A stretch of 60,405 nucleotides of DNA, counting the filler, from Ionaspis alba (Eukaryota), in assembly GCA_964255285.1 (NCBI GenBank). It is 9 parts of 9 records of this genome, joined end to end, with 100 filler letters (N's around TTAATTAATTAA, not from the genome) between each part and the next. Parts side by side here need not be neighbours in the genome. Positions count along the whole stretch, not along the records: positions 33,668 to 40,288 come from CAXUUL010000903.1; positions 40,389 to 47,000 come from CAXUUL010000904.1; positions 47,101 to 53,703 come from CAXUUL010000905.1; 6 more parts are not named here. One strand, 5' to 3'. The position numbers and the translations under genes are program-made. Below the pieces are notes generated by a model. That model worked only from the letters and a program-made list of their open reading frames with translations. It had not been told where the DNA came from and searched no databases. Shown piece by piece: positions 36,174 through 49,109 of the stretch (position 1 is its first letter; the number at the start of each line of letters is the position of its first letter).

Positions 36174-37564
36174 ATGGAGCCGCTGGCGGTAGTTGCGAGC
36201 ACTTTGACATCCCTTGACAATACAAAGAAGATCGTGTCAATCACACTCGATCTATATAAGGCCCCGCAAGAGCTCAAGGCGTTCCAAATCTCGTTGGGAA
36301 AGGTCGACAACACACTAAAAGAAGTCCAGAGTCTCTCCAAGCAGCGCCTGCGAGCTCCATTTCTCGTTGCTGTACTTGGCCGAGCTCATCTTCTCAGCGA
36401 ATATGCTTGCGAGTTTGTTCGTCACCAGCTTCTCAGAATTGGATCTAAGGCGAGGGTCAAGCGATTAGCATGGCTCCGTTACCAGCGTAAGGTACAGGAG
36501 TTGACGCTCAAGTTCAACACCTCGCGAGATGAAATTAGGGCGGGAATGAACTATGTTGCCATGTGAGTCTTTATGACGGATTTATTTTTCTTCAAGCTTA
36601 GCTCGATCAAAGCGTGTATCTGATGGGAGACAGCACCTTCACCCCGAACGGAAAACAAGAAACTGCCTTGAATCAAAACCTGCAAATTCTCGAGAAATAC
36701 ATTTGCAAATACGATCCGGGTTATCAGCATATGCTTGCCAATGGAGTCTCCAGTACCGCCATCGTCTACCCATCAGTCTCTAACCTTGCCGAAATCAAAT
36801 GTCCGGTACATATCGAGAGCGATATCGCTCTGGTCGAGCGTCTCGATAGATTCTCAAACAAAGTCCGTGTTAACGACAACCCAAAGGCCTTTATCAACAA
36901 AGGCATGCCAACGGCCCGTCACGTGGATCAGTTTCTTTACAACGTCTTGGTAATGAACGCCCTCCACAATTCCATGGATATGCTGCCCTTAAAAGGAGTG
37001 GTGCTCGACAACAAGCGCACCGTGATTAAAAGCTTGCTACTCGCCACCGCCGAAGGGAATCTCCGCAAGATTTTGCAGAAACCTCAGCAATTCATCACGA
37101 ATCTCGCTCCAGGTGCCCAGATACCTTGGCCCCAACGAGAACGCTGGGCTTGGCAGATCGCCCGCGGCCTCGGCGAACTCCACGTCCACGGCTTCATACA
37201 CGGCGACTTAAAGCTTTCGAATATCCTCGTTACAGGAAGCAATAACGCGAAGATCTCCATGCCCGACGAGGACGAATTCAGTGTGGGGTGGGAGCCTCCC
37301 GAAATACTACCTTTGATCAGGGCGGGCACCGAAACCAGCCGCCTCAGGGGTACGAAAGCAGACATCTACCAGCTGGGCATGATACTGTGGGCCCTAGCAA
37401 CCCACGAACCGGAACCCGAAGCTCAGGAAAGACCCTTTCCCGCGATCCCCTCTCAGATTCCGAAGTACTATCGCTCTCTGGTGGAGAATTGCCTGTTCGA
37501 GAAGCCGAGTCACCGACCGCGAATAGGGAGGGTGTGGGATGCATTCCCTCAGAACATCCGGTGA
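36174..37564 (+). CDS. HeLo-like N-terminal domain fused to a degenerate protein-kinase domain (about 439 aa, 2 exons)
   Basis: Intron 36563-36633 (GTGAGT..CTGAT..CAG) joins the 36159 and 36614 ORFs in frame. The N-terminus reads MEPLAVVAS..KAPQEL..KRLAWL..KVQEL. The kinase region has QIARGLGELH..IHGDLKLSNIL, GWEPPE and ADIYQLGMILW, but no DFG. Confidence 0.8.
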
Positions 37565-39051
37565 AGAAACGCCTGAGCCGTATGACCCGCATGGTCTCAG
37601 TCGAGGTACGTCCACTCCCTTTCTGTTTTCACGGCCGCCAAAGGTTCCGTACCAGCTCCAGGGCGGCTCGTTGGGCTGGCCTTTGGGGATTCCCGTGCAA
37701 GATTTTGAGCCAGCCATTGTGATATGAGGCTGCTTTGGTTCTTGGACATACTTGAGTCAGATCTTAATCTGCTCACAGGATCTCACTCTCCTGACGCTTC
37801 AGTTTTATCTAAGGCTTGTAAGGCCGTCTTTGAGATCTGCGTGATCTCCTCTATTACATTGTCTAGACGACATTGCTGTGAATCTAGTGTTCCAAAAACT
37901 CCATCGCTCCCTGTGCTTAAGTGGTCGATCGACATACTCACGCACCTTTGTGGCTATGCCGAGTGGGATCTCGTCAATCTAATTGGCTGACTAGGCGCGG
38001 CTCTTCTCCGAGCACTGATCGAACTGTCTCTACCTTAACGGCCCGAGGCTTGTCTAAGACATCTCCGTCAATGTCTGGTTCTCCCTGCACATCGACTTCG
38101 ACGCCCGAGAATACCACCTCGTGACGGACTGGTACCTATTTGCAGGTTCCAATCCCGCTTCAACTCGTATTTTGGAACCGAGATATTGCAGGATGGTTCG
38201 CATGGACCTCGGCTGGCAAGTCGAATAGTATTTCGACGCAAATGCATGATAGGGTCTGATGAGCTGCTGGCGATCTCCTGTCATACGTCATCGCAGGCGA
38301 GAATCTTGAATGCTCAATTGAGCATGACTCTTCATGGACATCATCTCAAGGGCATATCATGAGGTCCTATTGATCCGCTTAGTTAGATATAGTATGCCTG
38401 GTACCCCACACTCTGTGCGACTGTACTGTGGTCTTGTCGAATAAATTTGTATGTATTGGCATTCCGATCCTACTTGCATCTTGCCTTGTTTCGTCTTTAT
38501 TACCGTGATTTTTGACAGGATCTGCTGTCGTTGTCCCATTTCCAGATACTCCTCCGCCAGATACAGGGGAGCCCTTGACCTGAAGAACAACGTCCGTGAG
38601 GCATACCACACTATATTGTTTGCTAAGACCTCCCGTGGCTTTCGACGTTCGTTTGTTCGAAAGACATCATCTGCTGCAAGTTCCTAGACGATCACCACGG
38701 ACATACGTCCCAGATAGAACTCAGAATATGTTGCTGAAATGCGTTTTTCGTCTTCCTCTTTCTTGTTTGGTGCTTTGCGGCGAAAGCTAATATATGGTGC
38801 GGAAACAACCATCTAGCCGCGCCGTACAATTTTCTCCTCCATTTCCTGCTCGATCCTCTCTCATCTCACATTCTATTCTCAGCCAATTCCCCGCTTCTAG
38901 TGTAACAGTCCTTCGATTCCACGTGAATCATGATGACTTTCATCTCCGGCTTCAAAAAGGTACTTCATGTCGCCCTCTCTCCCACTTTCTGGGTCTTTAT
39001 ACAGGAACGGAGAACATAGAACACATCTCCTACAGCATATACACCGTTGCC

Positions 39052-40288
39052 ATGACGATGCTCTATATCTATTCTATTCTTTCAGTCTCTTTACTCTATT
39101 TTAGCATACTTGTGAAATGCTTTCCTGATCCGGGGAGCTGCGCAGGTGAATGTGGTTACGTCCACGACCCTTATGTTGTCAGGCGTGATGATGGCACCTA
39201 CTTTCGCTTTGTGACCTTCAAGGACATTCAGATTGCTTCGGCTCCATCTATCAAAGGGCCATGGCGTGGGCAGGGCTCTGTTTTGCCTAGTGGTTCGATG
39301 ATTCCACTTCCTGGGAATGATAGCTTATGGGTAAGTCGACCATTCATATACTAAGACATTAACATACCATGGTATGGGCAGTCTGTCTATTGGCAGCGGT
39401 CACCAAGCCATGGCCTGCTTTGTGTGCCAGTCACCAAGCCGGTTCAAAGTCAAGCACACCTTCATCTCATCTATCTCCCTATTTGCCTATACTCTTCGTG
39501 CCCAGAACCACTAACCCCTCCTCCCGTCCAGGCACCCGATGTCCACCAAGTCGGCTCAACCTACTACCTCTACTACGCTGTCTCTACAGCAGGAAGCCAG
39601 AACTCCGACATCGGCCTTGCTACCTCCCAAACCATGGAACGCGACTCCTGGACCGACCACGGCAGTCTCGGTATCCCCCGCTCCGAGCACTACAATCTCA
39701 TCGACCCCAACCTCCTCATCGTGAACTTCAACACCTCAGACCTCTACATGACCTTCGGCTCCTTCTGGGACGACATCCATCAGATCCGTATGCTCGATCC
39801 TGCCACCCCCATGCCGGGCGCTGTACCCCAGCAGGTGGCTTACACGGCTGAGGGTGCGCATCCGCTCGAGGGAAGTTTCCAATTTTGGTGGCCCATCCAG
39901 GGGGTGCCTTATTATTATTTGTTCGTCTCGAGGGGCGCTTGCTGCAACGAGCCACCGAATCTGGCGCCGCCGGGTCAGGAGTATCAGGTTATAGTCTGTC
40001 GGTCGTTGCAGCCGACGGGGCCGTTCGTGGATAGGCAAGGGAGGGATTGCAGGGAGGGAGGTGGAGAGTTGATCTTGGCCAGTCAGGGCGATGTGTATGC
40101 GCCGGGCGGAGAAGGGGTATATTATGACCCGGATCTGAATAGTCCGGTGCTTTATTATCATTATGGTGAGTTTGAGCAAGAGGATCTGGGAGAATGGTCA
40201 GGAGTACTGATTACAGAATAGTGAACAAGACGATTGGTTACAGGGAAGCAGATTTCCAGTTTGGGTGGAACCCTATGGTTTTCCGGGA
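39052..40288 (+). CDS. GH43 endo-1,5-alpha-L-arabinanase (secreted), 3 exons, extreme 3' end truncated
   Basis: Signal peptide, [43 protein letters not shown] and LYYHY. Introns at about 39331-39531 and 40166-40221. Confidence 0.92.
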
Positions 40289-40388
40289 NNNNNNNNNNNN
40301 NNNNNNNNNNNNNNNNNNNNNNNNNNNNNNNNTTAATTAATTAANNNNNNNNNNNNNNNNNNNNNNNNNNNNNNNNNNNNNNNNNNNN

Positions 40389-41774
40389 CCAGACCACAAC
40401 CACCAAACGCCCATGTCCGAAGTCGATCCAAAGCGGCGAGTCGAAAGAGCAAAGAACGTCGCAGCAGGCTATTCCCTATCAAACATCATCAAGTCCGAGC
40501 CCTTCATCGACGAATCGATTGCACTACTCGAAAAGCGCCTAGACGAGCTCTCGCAGGCCAACAAACCCGTCGAGTTCGACAGGTGGTTCAACTACATGGC
40601 CTTCGATATCATAGGCGAAGTAACCTTCTCCAGCCGCTTCGGCTTTCTCGAAAGCGGCCGTGATATCGGCGGGGCGATTGCCAATAGCCGTGTCCTGACC
40701 CTCTACGTTACCATCATGGGCTACTTCCAGTGGCTGCATCGATTGACATTGGGAAATCCTTTGATCGCCTATTTTAACATGACTCCCTCACAGCATATCT
40801 TCGACACCTGCCTCCGAGCCGTCGATGCACGCAACAAGAATCCCAATGTTAGAATCGATATGATGGAGCAGTGGAAGATGTCGATGGCGGCGCATCCGGA
40901 GCGCTTCGAACAGAGGGAGTTGTATGGAGTGGCAAATGCTACCATAGGCGCTGGCGCGGATACGATAAGCGCGACGCTTCAGGCGTTTTGGTACTACTTG
41001 CTGAGGCATCCAAAGTACCTGGCGCGACTGAGGGAGGAGATCGATGCTGCGGACTTTAATAAGTCTTCGAAGATTGTTAGTTATGCTGAAGCACAGGAGC
41101 TTCCCTTCCTGCAAGCCTGCGTATGCTCCCGCTGATCACCATCAACTGACTCCCGGCTAATTTCCTTGACCGTCTAGATCAAAGAGACATTCCGATACCA
41201 TCCAGCTGTTGCCTTTGGTCTCACACGAGTGGTGCCAAAGGATGGGGTGACTATTGGAGATCGTTATTTCTCTACCGGTGTATGTTCCCGTTTCAGAGCA
41301 TCGTGGATGATTCTCTACTCTGACACTCCGACACAGACCCACCTCAGCGTCAACCCTTGGGTAATCCACCGTAGCCCTGCTCTCTTCGGCACCGACGCCG
41401 ATGTCTTCAATCCCAACCGCTGGCTCGAGTCTCGAGGTCGCGAAATGGAGAAGTACATGATGCAGGTACGCTTCAACGTAATTCCCTTTTCTACCTCTCT
41501 CTCCACTTCTCCTATCTTTTCTCGATGCCCGTTGAGCTCCCTTACTTACACCCTCAAACAGTTCGGCGCAGGCTACAATTCCTGTCCCGGTCGTAACCTC
41601 GCGAACCTGGAAATCTCTAAGGTCACAGCAACGATGATCCGGGACTATGATATCAGGCAGGTGGAGCCGGGAAAGGAGTGGAGGTACGAAGCGCACTTTA
41701 CCGCGGTGCCGTATGAGTGGCCTTGTTATGTCAAGCGGCGGGACAGGGAAGGGGAGAGCGGGAAGGTGGAGTGA
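40389..41774 (+). CDS. Cytochrome P450 (pisatin-demethylase/CYP57-like clan), multi-exon, 5' end truncated
   Basis: AFDIIGEVTFS..FGFL, AGADT, LPFLQAC/IKETFR, FNPNRWL and heme motif FGAGYNSCPG. Confidence 0.9.
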
Positions 41775-42131
41775 GCGGATACCCAGGCATAGGTCACACA
41801 GATCTCAGCATAGTTTACGTTCAGATTTTAGGCAATTCTACCGGGCGCCACATGACAGTATTCGGTGCTAGTAGTCATTGAGTATAGCTTCTAATGTACT
41901 GTGGATAGATGATGACCATTGTGCAAGCAACAGTGCTGTTGTTTCGTCATTGCGGTGCTGATAACAGGAGGAGGATGGAGCGCCCTTCCAGACAAGAACG
42001 CGCCGTGGAGAGACCCGGTCGAACAGTCACCTTTCTCCGATCTCAACATAAAGCAGTATAACGAGTTGACTCTGGCAGAGATTCCGGTTGCGTGTCCATG
42101 TTGGGTGCCGGTCAGCACTGTTGAGTCACGA

Positions 42132-42231
42132 NNNNNNNNNNNNNNNNNNNNNNNNNNNNNNNNNNNNNNNNNNNNNNNNNNNNNNNNNNNNNNNNNNNNN
42201 NNNNNNNNNNNNNNNNNNNNNNNNNNNNNNN
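42132..42231. other. 100-N scaffold gap
   Basis: Run of 100 N with no spacer core. Confidence 0.95.
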
Positions 42232-42692
42232 TGGAGAGCATGTAGCCAACTCTTCCGTCGGGCTGATGCGTCTTGATTCGGCAGACCACTAGTTCTTGAA
42301 TCCAGCTTTCCACACAAACACCTCATGTCGCTGCCCGTTGCGAATATTGCTATACGTTTGCATGATCCAAGCGGTCTGTCTAATCAGCTCGGATGAGAGA
42401 CGCACTAGAACGGGGAGAACGAAGAATGGTAAGTCGAGCAAACTTGTGCATATATATCTACGCGACATAACACATCTTTGCTTGCTGCTCCTCCACGCGA
42501 CTGGTCAACTTTTACACATCCGAGTGACTCCATGTAGAGGGCGGAATTACTTCACCTTTAGTCTGCAGCCTTCTTCGGCCATTCTTCCAATACTTTGAGG
42601 TCCTCCCTCAAGCAATCAACAAGTTTCACCAGTCGATCTTGGTATAGCGCCAATCTTTGGCTCTATTTTAGGACTTTTTGGATACGTTGGCA

Positions 42693-45032
42693 ATGCCTCA
42701 TAGAAAGCCCAGGGCTACCAGCGACATGAACAGCAACGAGCACACCCCCGGCACCCTGACCGATCCCATCTTGCTAAGCAAGATAGACAAGCTGTTTGCC
42801 TGCGGCGTTGGCGAATATATCGCGCTCCCTCAGCTAGTTGTCGTCGGAGATCAGTCCAGTGGCAAAAGCTCTGTGCTGGAAGGACTGACTAATCTACCTT
42901 TCCCGCGAGACAGTGGTCTCTGCACGCGCTTCGCCGCGCAGATCATATTCCAGCGGTCTCAGGAGTCAAATATATCAGTATCTGTTATCCCTGCACCAGG
43001 TGCAAGCCAGGAACATATGGAAGCCACCAAGAAATGGAAAAAGACAAACCTCAAGACCTTGGATCCAGCGTCTTTCTCCGAAATCATGAAAGAGGTTTGC
43101 CCGCCAATGCAGAAGGTACGATGTCCACTGATTGTGGCAGGTCCATATGGTCATGGGGCTGGGCGAACAACAAAACGCTGCCGGCCCAGCAACTTTCTCC
43201 GAAGACGTTCTGAAACTGGAAGTCAGCGGTCCCGACCAAGAACACTTCTCCGTCGTCGACGTTCCGGGCATATTCAGGAAAACAACAGAAGGAGTCACTA
43301 CTAAAGCGGATATGCGGATGGTGGAGACCATAGTGCGAGGCTACATGGAGAATCCCCGGTCCGTGATGTTGACAGTCATTCCCAGCAATGTGGATATTGC
43401 GACGCAAGATATCCTGACAATGGCAGAAGATGTGGACGGCGACGGACATCGAACGCTCGGTGTTCTAACCAAGCCGGACTTGGTCGACGATGAGACACCC
43501 GTCATGGATCTCATCGAGGGCAGACGACATAAATTGAAGCTCGGCTGGTGCATGGTTCGTAACCCTAGCCAGAAGCAGCTCAATGATCGGAACAATGATA
43601 GATACGCCACAGAGGAGGACTTTTTCCGAACCGTAGCCCCTTGGAATTCATTGCCAAAGGATAGAGTGGGTGTAAAAGCATTGCGGATCCTTCTACAAGA
43701 AATACTGAGTGCTCATATTCGCCATGAATTCCCAAAGGTATGCGCCGAGTCTAGCAGCGAACCCTTCCGACTGATTTTGCCCTAGGTTAAGTCCGAGATC
43801 CACAAAAAATTGACCGCCGCCAAACAAAGCCTCGATAAACTTGGCACCAAGCGGGAGACGACCGACCAACAGAGAGGTTACCTATCAGATATCAGTATGC
43901 ATTTCCAAGAGATTGTTGCCCTCGCATTGAATGGAAATTACGTAGGGAACGACTGGTTCGATCACTATCCTAGCCTGAAATATGCGAATGCCGTGATGAC
44001 TCGTAACGAGGTTTTCAGTGACAACATAGAGCAGTATGGCCAGTCCTACGAATTCAAAGCAGCCGAATCAGATACAACCGACGAGGTAACGATGTCCCCA
44101 GCTCTTCCAGGATACTCGCAGGAGTCGGCAGAAAAGTTGGAAGAGCCAGAGGAGCAGATAACTCTTCGAACAACCCAGAGCTACTCTGAACTGGAGGACG
44201 TCATGTTCGAAAAGGACACCACCAGCAAGCCCAGTGGTTTTGATATCATCAAGTGGCTGACGAAGGTATACAAGTCGTCGCGAGGTTTCGAGCTCGGTAC
44301 TTTCGGCAGCTCTATCCTTGCAATAACTATGAAGGCCCAATCCTCTAAGTGGGAAGAGATTGCATTGGCATACATTAGCGACGTGGTCACTTTGGCTCAC
44401 ACGTTCATCGTTGACCTATTGCAATTAGTTTGCCCGAACCCACGCGTCCGTGAAGGTCTATTGTCGATCTTGATGGATGATCTAATGGCCAGATACAAGA
44501 CCGCCTTTGCCAGTGCTCGGCATCTTCTTTGCTTGGAGAGAATGGGAACTCCCATCACTTTGAACCACTATTTCAACGACAATCTGGAGAAATGGTAGGT
44601 GGCGACCCGAGCTCTCCCGCTGATCGCTACAGCTAACATATGACCAGTCGGCAGCGTCGCATGCGTGCAGCCATGGCGAAGAAGTCTGTGGACGGTTGTC
44701 AGCACGGTGCCGTGGTCCGACTCGACGACATTATGGAGCATCATCCAATGTCGAACACGGAGCACGTTGTGCTTGATATCCACGATGTCCTCCAGTCTTA
44801 TTACAAGGTCGCTTGCAAACGCTTTAAGGACTACTCGTGTATGCAGGTTGACTACCACCTGGCTACGGGCCCGGATACGCCTCTGAAGCTTTTTTCGCCT
44901 TCTTTCGTAAGCGGCTTGTCCCCGGAGCAATTGGAAGAGATTGCCGGGGAAGACAGCAGTCTAAAAAGAACGCGTAAGTATCTGGACAAGAAGATCAAGG
45001 ATCTGGAAGCGGGGAAGAGAGTCCTTACTTGA
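42693..45032 (+). CDS. Dynamin-family (Mx-like) GTPase with stalk/GED, 4 exons
   Basis: G1 GDQSSGKS, G2 CTRF, G3 DVPG, G4 TKPD; SRGFELGTF; TLNHYF; GED LQSYYKVACKRF..IAGED. Introns at about 43096-43140, 43738-43786 and 44596-44648. Confidence 0.93.
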
Positions 45033-45530
45033 GCTCAAAGTCAATGGATGCAGCACTACAAAATAGTAGTGGGTGGCTTGGTGATGACTGGTAAAGCCGG
45101 ACCAAAGAGATAAAAACAAAGATAATACGCAGCCTCCTTCCTCTTCATCACCAATCGTCAATATCCCTTCTGCCGATGAGAAACCATGCATGGTAGGTGC
45201 GAGTCATGGATAACGACGATAGGGCAAGAGTAATCGAACGAACGGGGTCGTCTTAGATTGCAGTGAGGTGAATAGAAATTGGACTTAACGAAAGCAAGAA
45301 TGTCATATATAATGCTTGTTCATTCACGAAAGTAACGTTAGAAGACGGACCCACCAGGCACTGCTGGAGGGTTCAACCAGAAGAGTTTAGGCAAGAAGGT
45401 TGCAGCTTCATAAGAACAGAAACGCACGCGTACGAAAGGAGATTTGACATCGAAATAGCATTGAGATCACTATATCAGTGACATGACATGTAGAAGCTCT
45501 TGACTCCCACCTATATACTATACATCCCAT

Positions 45531-47000
45531 CTACCCACCCAACACCTCTCCCACCCAATCCATCTGCACAGCACTAACCCCCCTCGCATAACTGCGATTC
45601 GTAAATACAAACTCATTATAAACAATCGCCTCTACCTTCTTCCCAAAAAGGATACTTGACGGATGAATTGCAACAGTCTGATTACCCAGCAGAGTCTTGT
45701 AGCTGCCATCTGGAAAGAGACGAGCAGTATTAGTGGCAAAGCCTTTGAGAAAAGCTTTGAGGATGGAGGTCGCTTGTTCCGATGTCGGAGGCTGTGATGA
45801 TTCATCTGTTGATGAGCCGAGGAGGTGCAGGTGGTGGCATTGGGCGCGGAGTTGTTTGCGGACATCCTGTAACGGTGTTAGCAATATGAATCGTGGAGCA
45901 GGCAAACCCGAGAGAGCGGAAGGGCCGCGAGGAAGGACTTACCATAACAGCTTGCATCGCCCGATGCGAAACAAAATTCCTCTCCGCCCAAGCCTTCCTA
46001 TCCGCCCTCTCAGCCGCATATGCTTGAACAGTCGCCAGCAGCGTCAAATGATCGCCTTCTCTCCTGAAGAGCGCACGCCGAGCGGTCTCAGCCTTCTCTT
46101 TCGTCTCCTCGGACGTCAAGTTTAGGAAAATGTTCTCGACACTGAGGCAGGAGATGATATCTATAGCTTCGAGGAGGCAATCTGCCTCGGGTGTAGCAGC
46201 GGCGAGCAGGACTCGGCCTAGTGGTGCGGAGAGAGGGAGTTTGGCGATTTGGAGACCGAGGTCGCTTATGGTGCCTGTTTCTGTCAAGGCCCCGAGTTGG
46301 AAGAGCTGCATTAGGGCTTTTTCGAGGGCTTCTCGGGGTGGGCGGTCTAGGAAGGGGAAGTCCATTATGTTTGTGACGCCTCGAGCTTTCATGGTGAGGA
46401 TGGCTTGGCTGAGATCGCAGCGTAGGATCTCAGGGGTATTGGATTCCGCGAGAGCATGGTAGTCTTTTTCCGTGTAGAGTCTGTAACATTGGCCTGGAGC
46501 TTCTCGACCAGCACGACCCTTTCTTTGGATAGCAGCTGACTTTGATATTGGCTTCACGAGTAGTGAGTCGAGACCTAGCCGGGTCCGGAACTGCTTGATC
46601 TTGGACTTGCCGCAGTCAACGACGAAACGGACGCCAGACACAGTGACAGATGTTTCTGCGATATTTGTTGCAAGGATAATCTTCCTTGTCCTCGGTGGAG
46701 GCGGTTGGAATACTCTCTGTTGAGCTGCTTGAGGGAGAGCTGCGAAAAGAGGCAGGACGAGAAGTTTTGGCACTTCGGCACTGAGCCCAAGAGCATATTC
46801 CGTGACCAGGTTCTCGAGAGATTCAACTGCTTCCTGCCCAGTCAGGAAAACCAGTACATCGCCGGGTAATGGCTCTTTGTAGTGAATCTGAAATATAGTC
46901 CGTAATGCGGCATCCACGAAATCCTGGACTGGTTCTGGCGAATAGATAACTTTCACGGGATATTGGCGGCCTTCGATGTGGCAGACAGAAACGTTTGTTG
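45531..47000 (-). CDS. DHR2: DEAH-box RNA helicase Dhr2/DHX33-like, 5' end truncated
   Basis: LVFLTGQE, ATNIAETSVT, QRKGRAGR, HA2 domain and OB-fold IHPSS. The segment FRTRLGLDSLLVKPISKS is typical of Dhr2/Prh1. One intron at about 45868-45942. Confidence 0.82.
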
Positions 47001-47330
47001 NNNNNNNNNNNNNNNNNNNNNNNNNNNNNNNNNNNNNNNNNNNNTTAATTAATTAANNNNNNNNNNNNNNNNNNNNNNNNNNNNNNNNNNNNNNNNNNNN
47101 GAGCGATGGGAACAACTATTTCTTCCCTATTCTATAAGTAAACATTGACAGGTCCGGCACAGCTGCACGAGAGACTGGTGGACGCCAGACCGAGACTCAA
47201 AATACACCAACGTCAGTGCTCCAAGTACAAAAAACCTTGACCTAACCAACCTCGAATTACTCCCTTGACATAAGGAATAGGTCATTATTATGCACATTTC
47301 GAACAGAGGTAGTGCAGCAGATACACATAG

Positions 47331-49109
47331 CTAAACCCTGGAGCTTGAGTCCCTTATGCTGTGCATCTCCGTCTCCTTCTGTCCAGGAGCCGCCATCATC
47401 ATCATGGCGTGGTGATGGCCATGTTTGCTATTCATCCGAAGCCTGGCTCCAAATTTCCAGATGATCCAAGGAATGGGAACCATGGCTGCAGAGATGAACC
47501 CAAGAAGGCTGTATGCCCAGCCACCAGTGAGACCCATGATCACTAAGCACAGTCAGCATGTGTTTCCATGGGCCTTTTGATGAAAGGTGGACTGACTTTG
47601 GATGATCACCAGTGGAAGGAAGCCAGCTAGAAGCAATCTGAGTGAAGCAGCAGCGGTAAGGGCAGATAAGGCACCTCTGGGCGGGTGGGAGTCAAATAGA
47701 TAGGATACAAGCGAGATCTGTAGACGATATTAATTAGTCTTTCTCTTGAGGCCGGCAATGAAGTTGATGCTACCTACCAGAACCATCATGTTTCCCCAGA
47801 CGTAAAGCATCGTTCCCAGGACAGGACTAGCCCAGGAAATTTTTGGGTCTGCTGTCCAGCCTATCCAGAACAAAGACGCGGTAATTAGAGGACCTCCGAC
47901 TATCGCGGAGTACATTCTATACTCAACGTCCACCATCCCATTTTGGCTTTTCTTGAGTAGACGTGGGAAAGTGAGCCTGTCGATCATGGTGGATGACGCA
48001 GTCGCTAAGAGGGCACCGACAATAGCTGCGATGAAAGCCATGCCGGCTTGTTGGACGGTAAAATCATAGACCAAGTGGAGAACAGCCGGAACGGCAATGA
48101 ACCACTGGAAGATGACCGCGAAATTGAATCCGAGGTATAAACTGGCGAGGATGACGAGTGGTTCGGAGACCAACATCGCTGCAGGAGTGATGAAAGTCAC
48201 TTGAAGCATGTCCTTTACGGTGACACCAGTACCGGGCTCCGCGAGTTTCGGAGGTGGGAGACATCGATGCTTTGCTCTCCGAACTACAATGGCCCTTCCG
48301 TAAGTCTCAGGCATTCCTATACCCAAGAGATATATCGGGAGCGCAATCATAAGGGTGACCCATTGGGTCCATCTCCATCCCTTAGCTGCAAAGATAAAAC
48401 CCGCCACTAATGGACCTGTCGAGAATGATCAGTGAAGGTCAGGGAGAGTCGAGGCGTAGCACAGTAGCATGCACGTACCGCATGCAGCGCCAACATAGGA
48501 AGCCAAAGACAGAAATGAGTAATAGGTGACTGTCGCATCTGCGGACCAAACGTCTGCAAAGGTACCTTCGATAAGAACCAGACAGGGACCACCAAAGAAT
48601 CCAGCAAAGAAGCGGCAGACAGCAAGGCTTGCGAAGGTCTGCGAAGCTCCAGCACCAAGTATGAACAAGCTGCAGATAGGCAGGCTGACGAGATAAACCT
48701 TTGATCGGCCTAAGGCTTCTGTGAGGTGGGGTGTCATGATGGGTGCAAAGGCAATGCCCCAGAGATACAACGACAGCCCCAATATTGCAGTCGTCATTGA
48801 CACATTGAAGTCTGTAATCACTTCAGTGATACCAGCAGTGTATGCAGTTACTCCAAAGGCACTGAGTCGAGAGTCAACATTGGTATAGGATCATAGTAGC
48901 GAGACATGAACTTACACTGCGAACCCGAACGCCTCTGCAACAAGAGACACATATATCTTCCGATGTAAAGGCCAGTTCTGTGGATTATCATGATCATTAT
49001 GAGCCATCATTTGTCCCATTGGTTCTTCCTGTTCTGTCATGACGGATTTGTTGGGATGACCAGCCTCCATCATGGTATGCTGCATGGCCATGTCCGATTG
49101 ATTCTCCAT
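47331..49109 (-). CDS. MFS transporter, DHA1 (12-TM) family, with Met/His-rich N- and C-termini, 5 exons
   Basis: DNPQNWP, LGLSLY, EALGRSKVY, CRFFAGFFG, GWRWTQW, MPETY, SEP, IGWTA and YSLLGFI; GT-AG introns separate the ORF pieces. Confidence 0.9.

Noticed and set aside
36174..45032. Defence island of HeLo-pseudokinase plus Mx-like dynamin
   Set aside because: They are separated by the spacer at 40289-40388, so the proximity is accidental.
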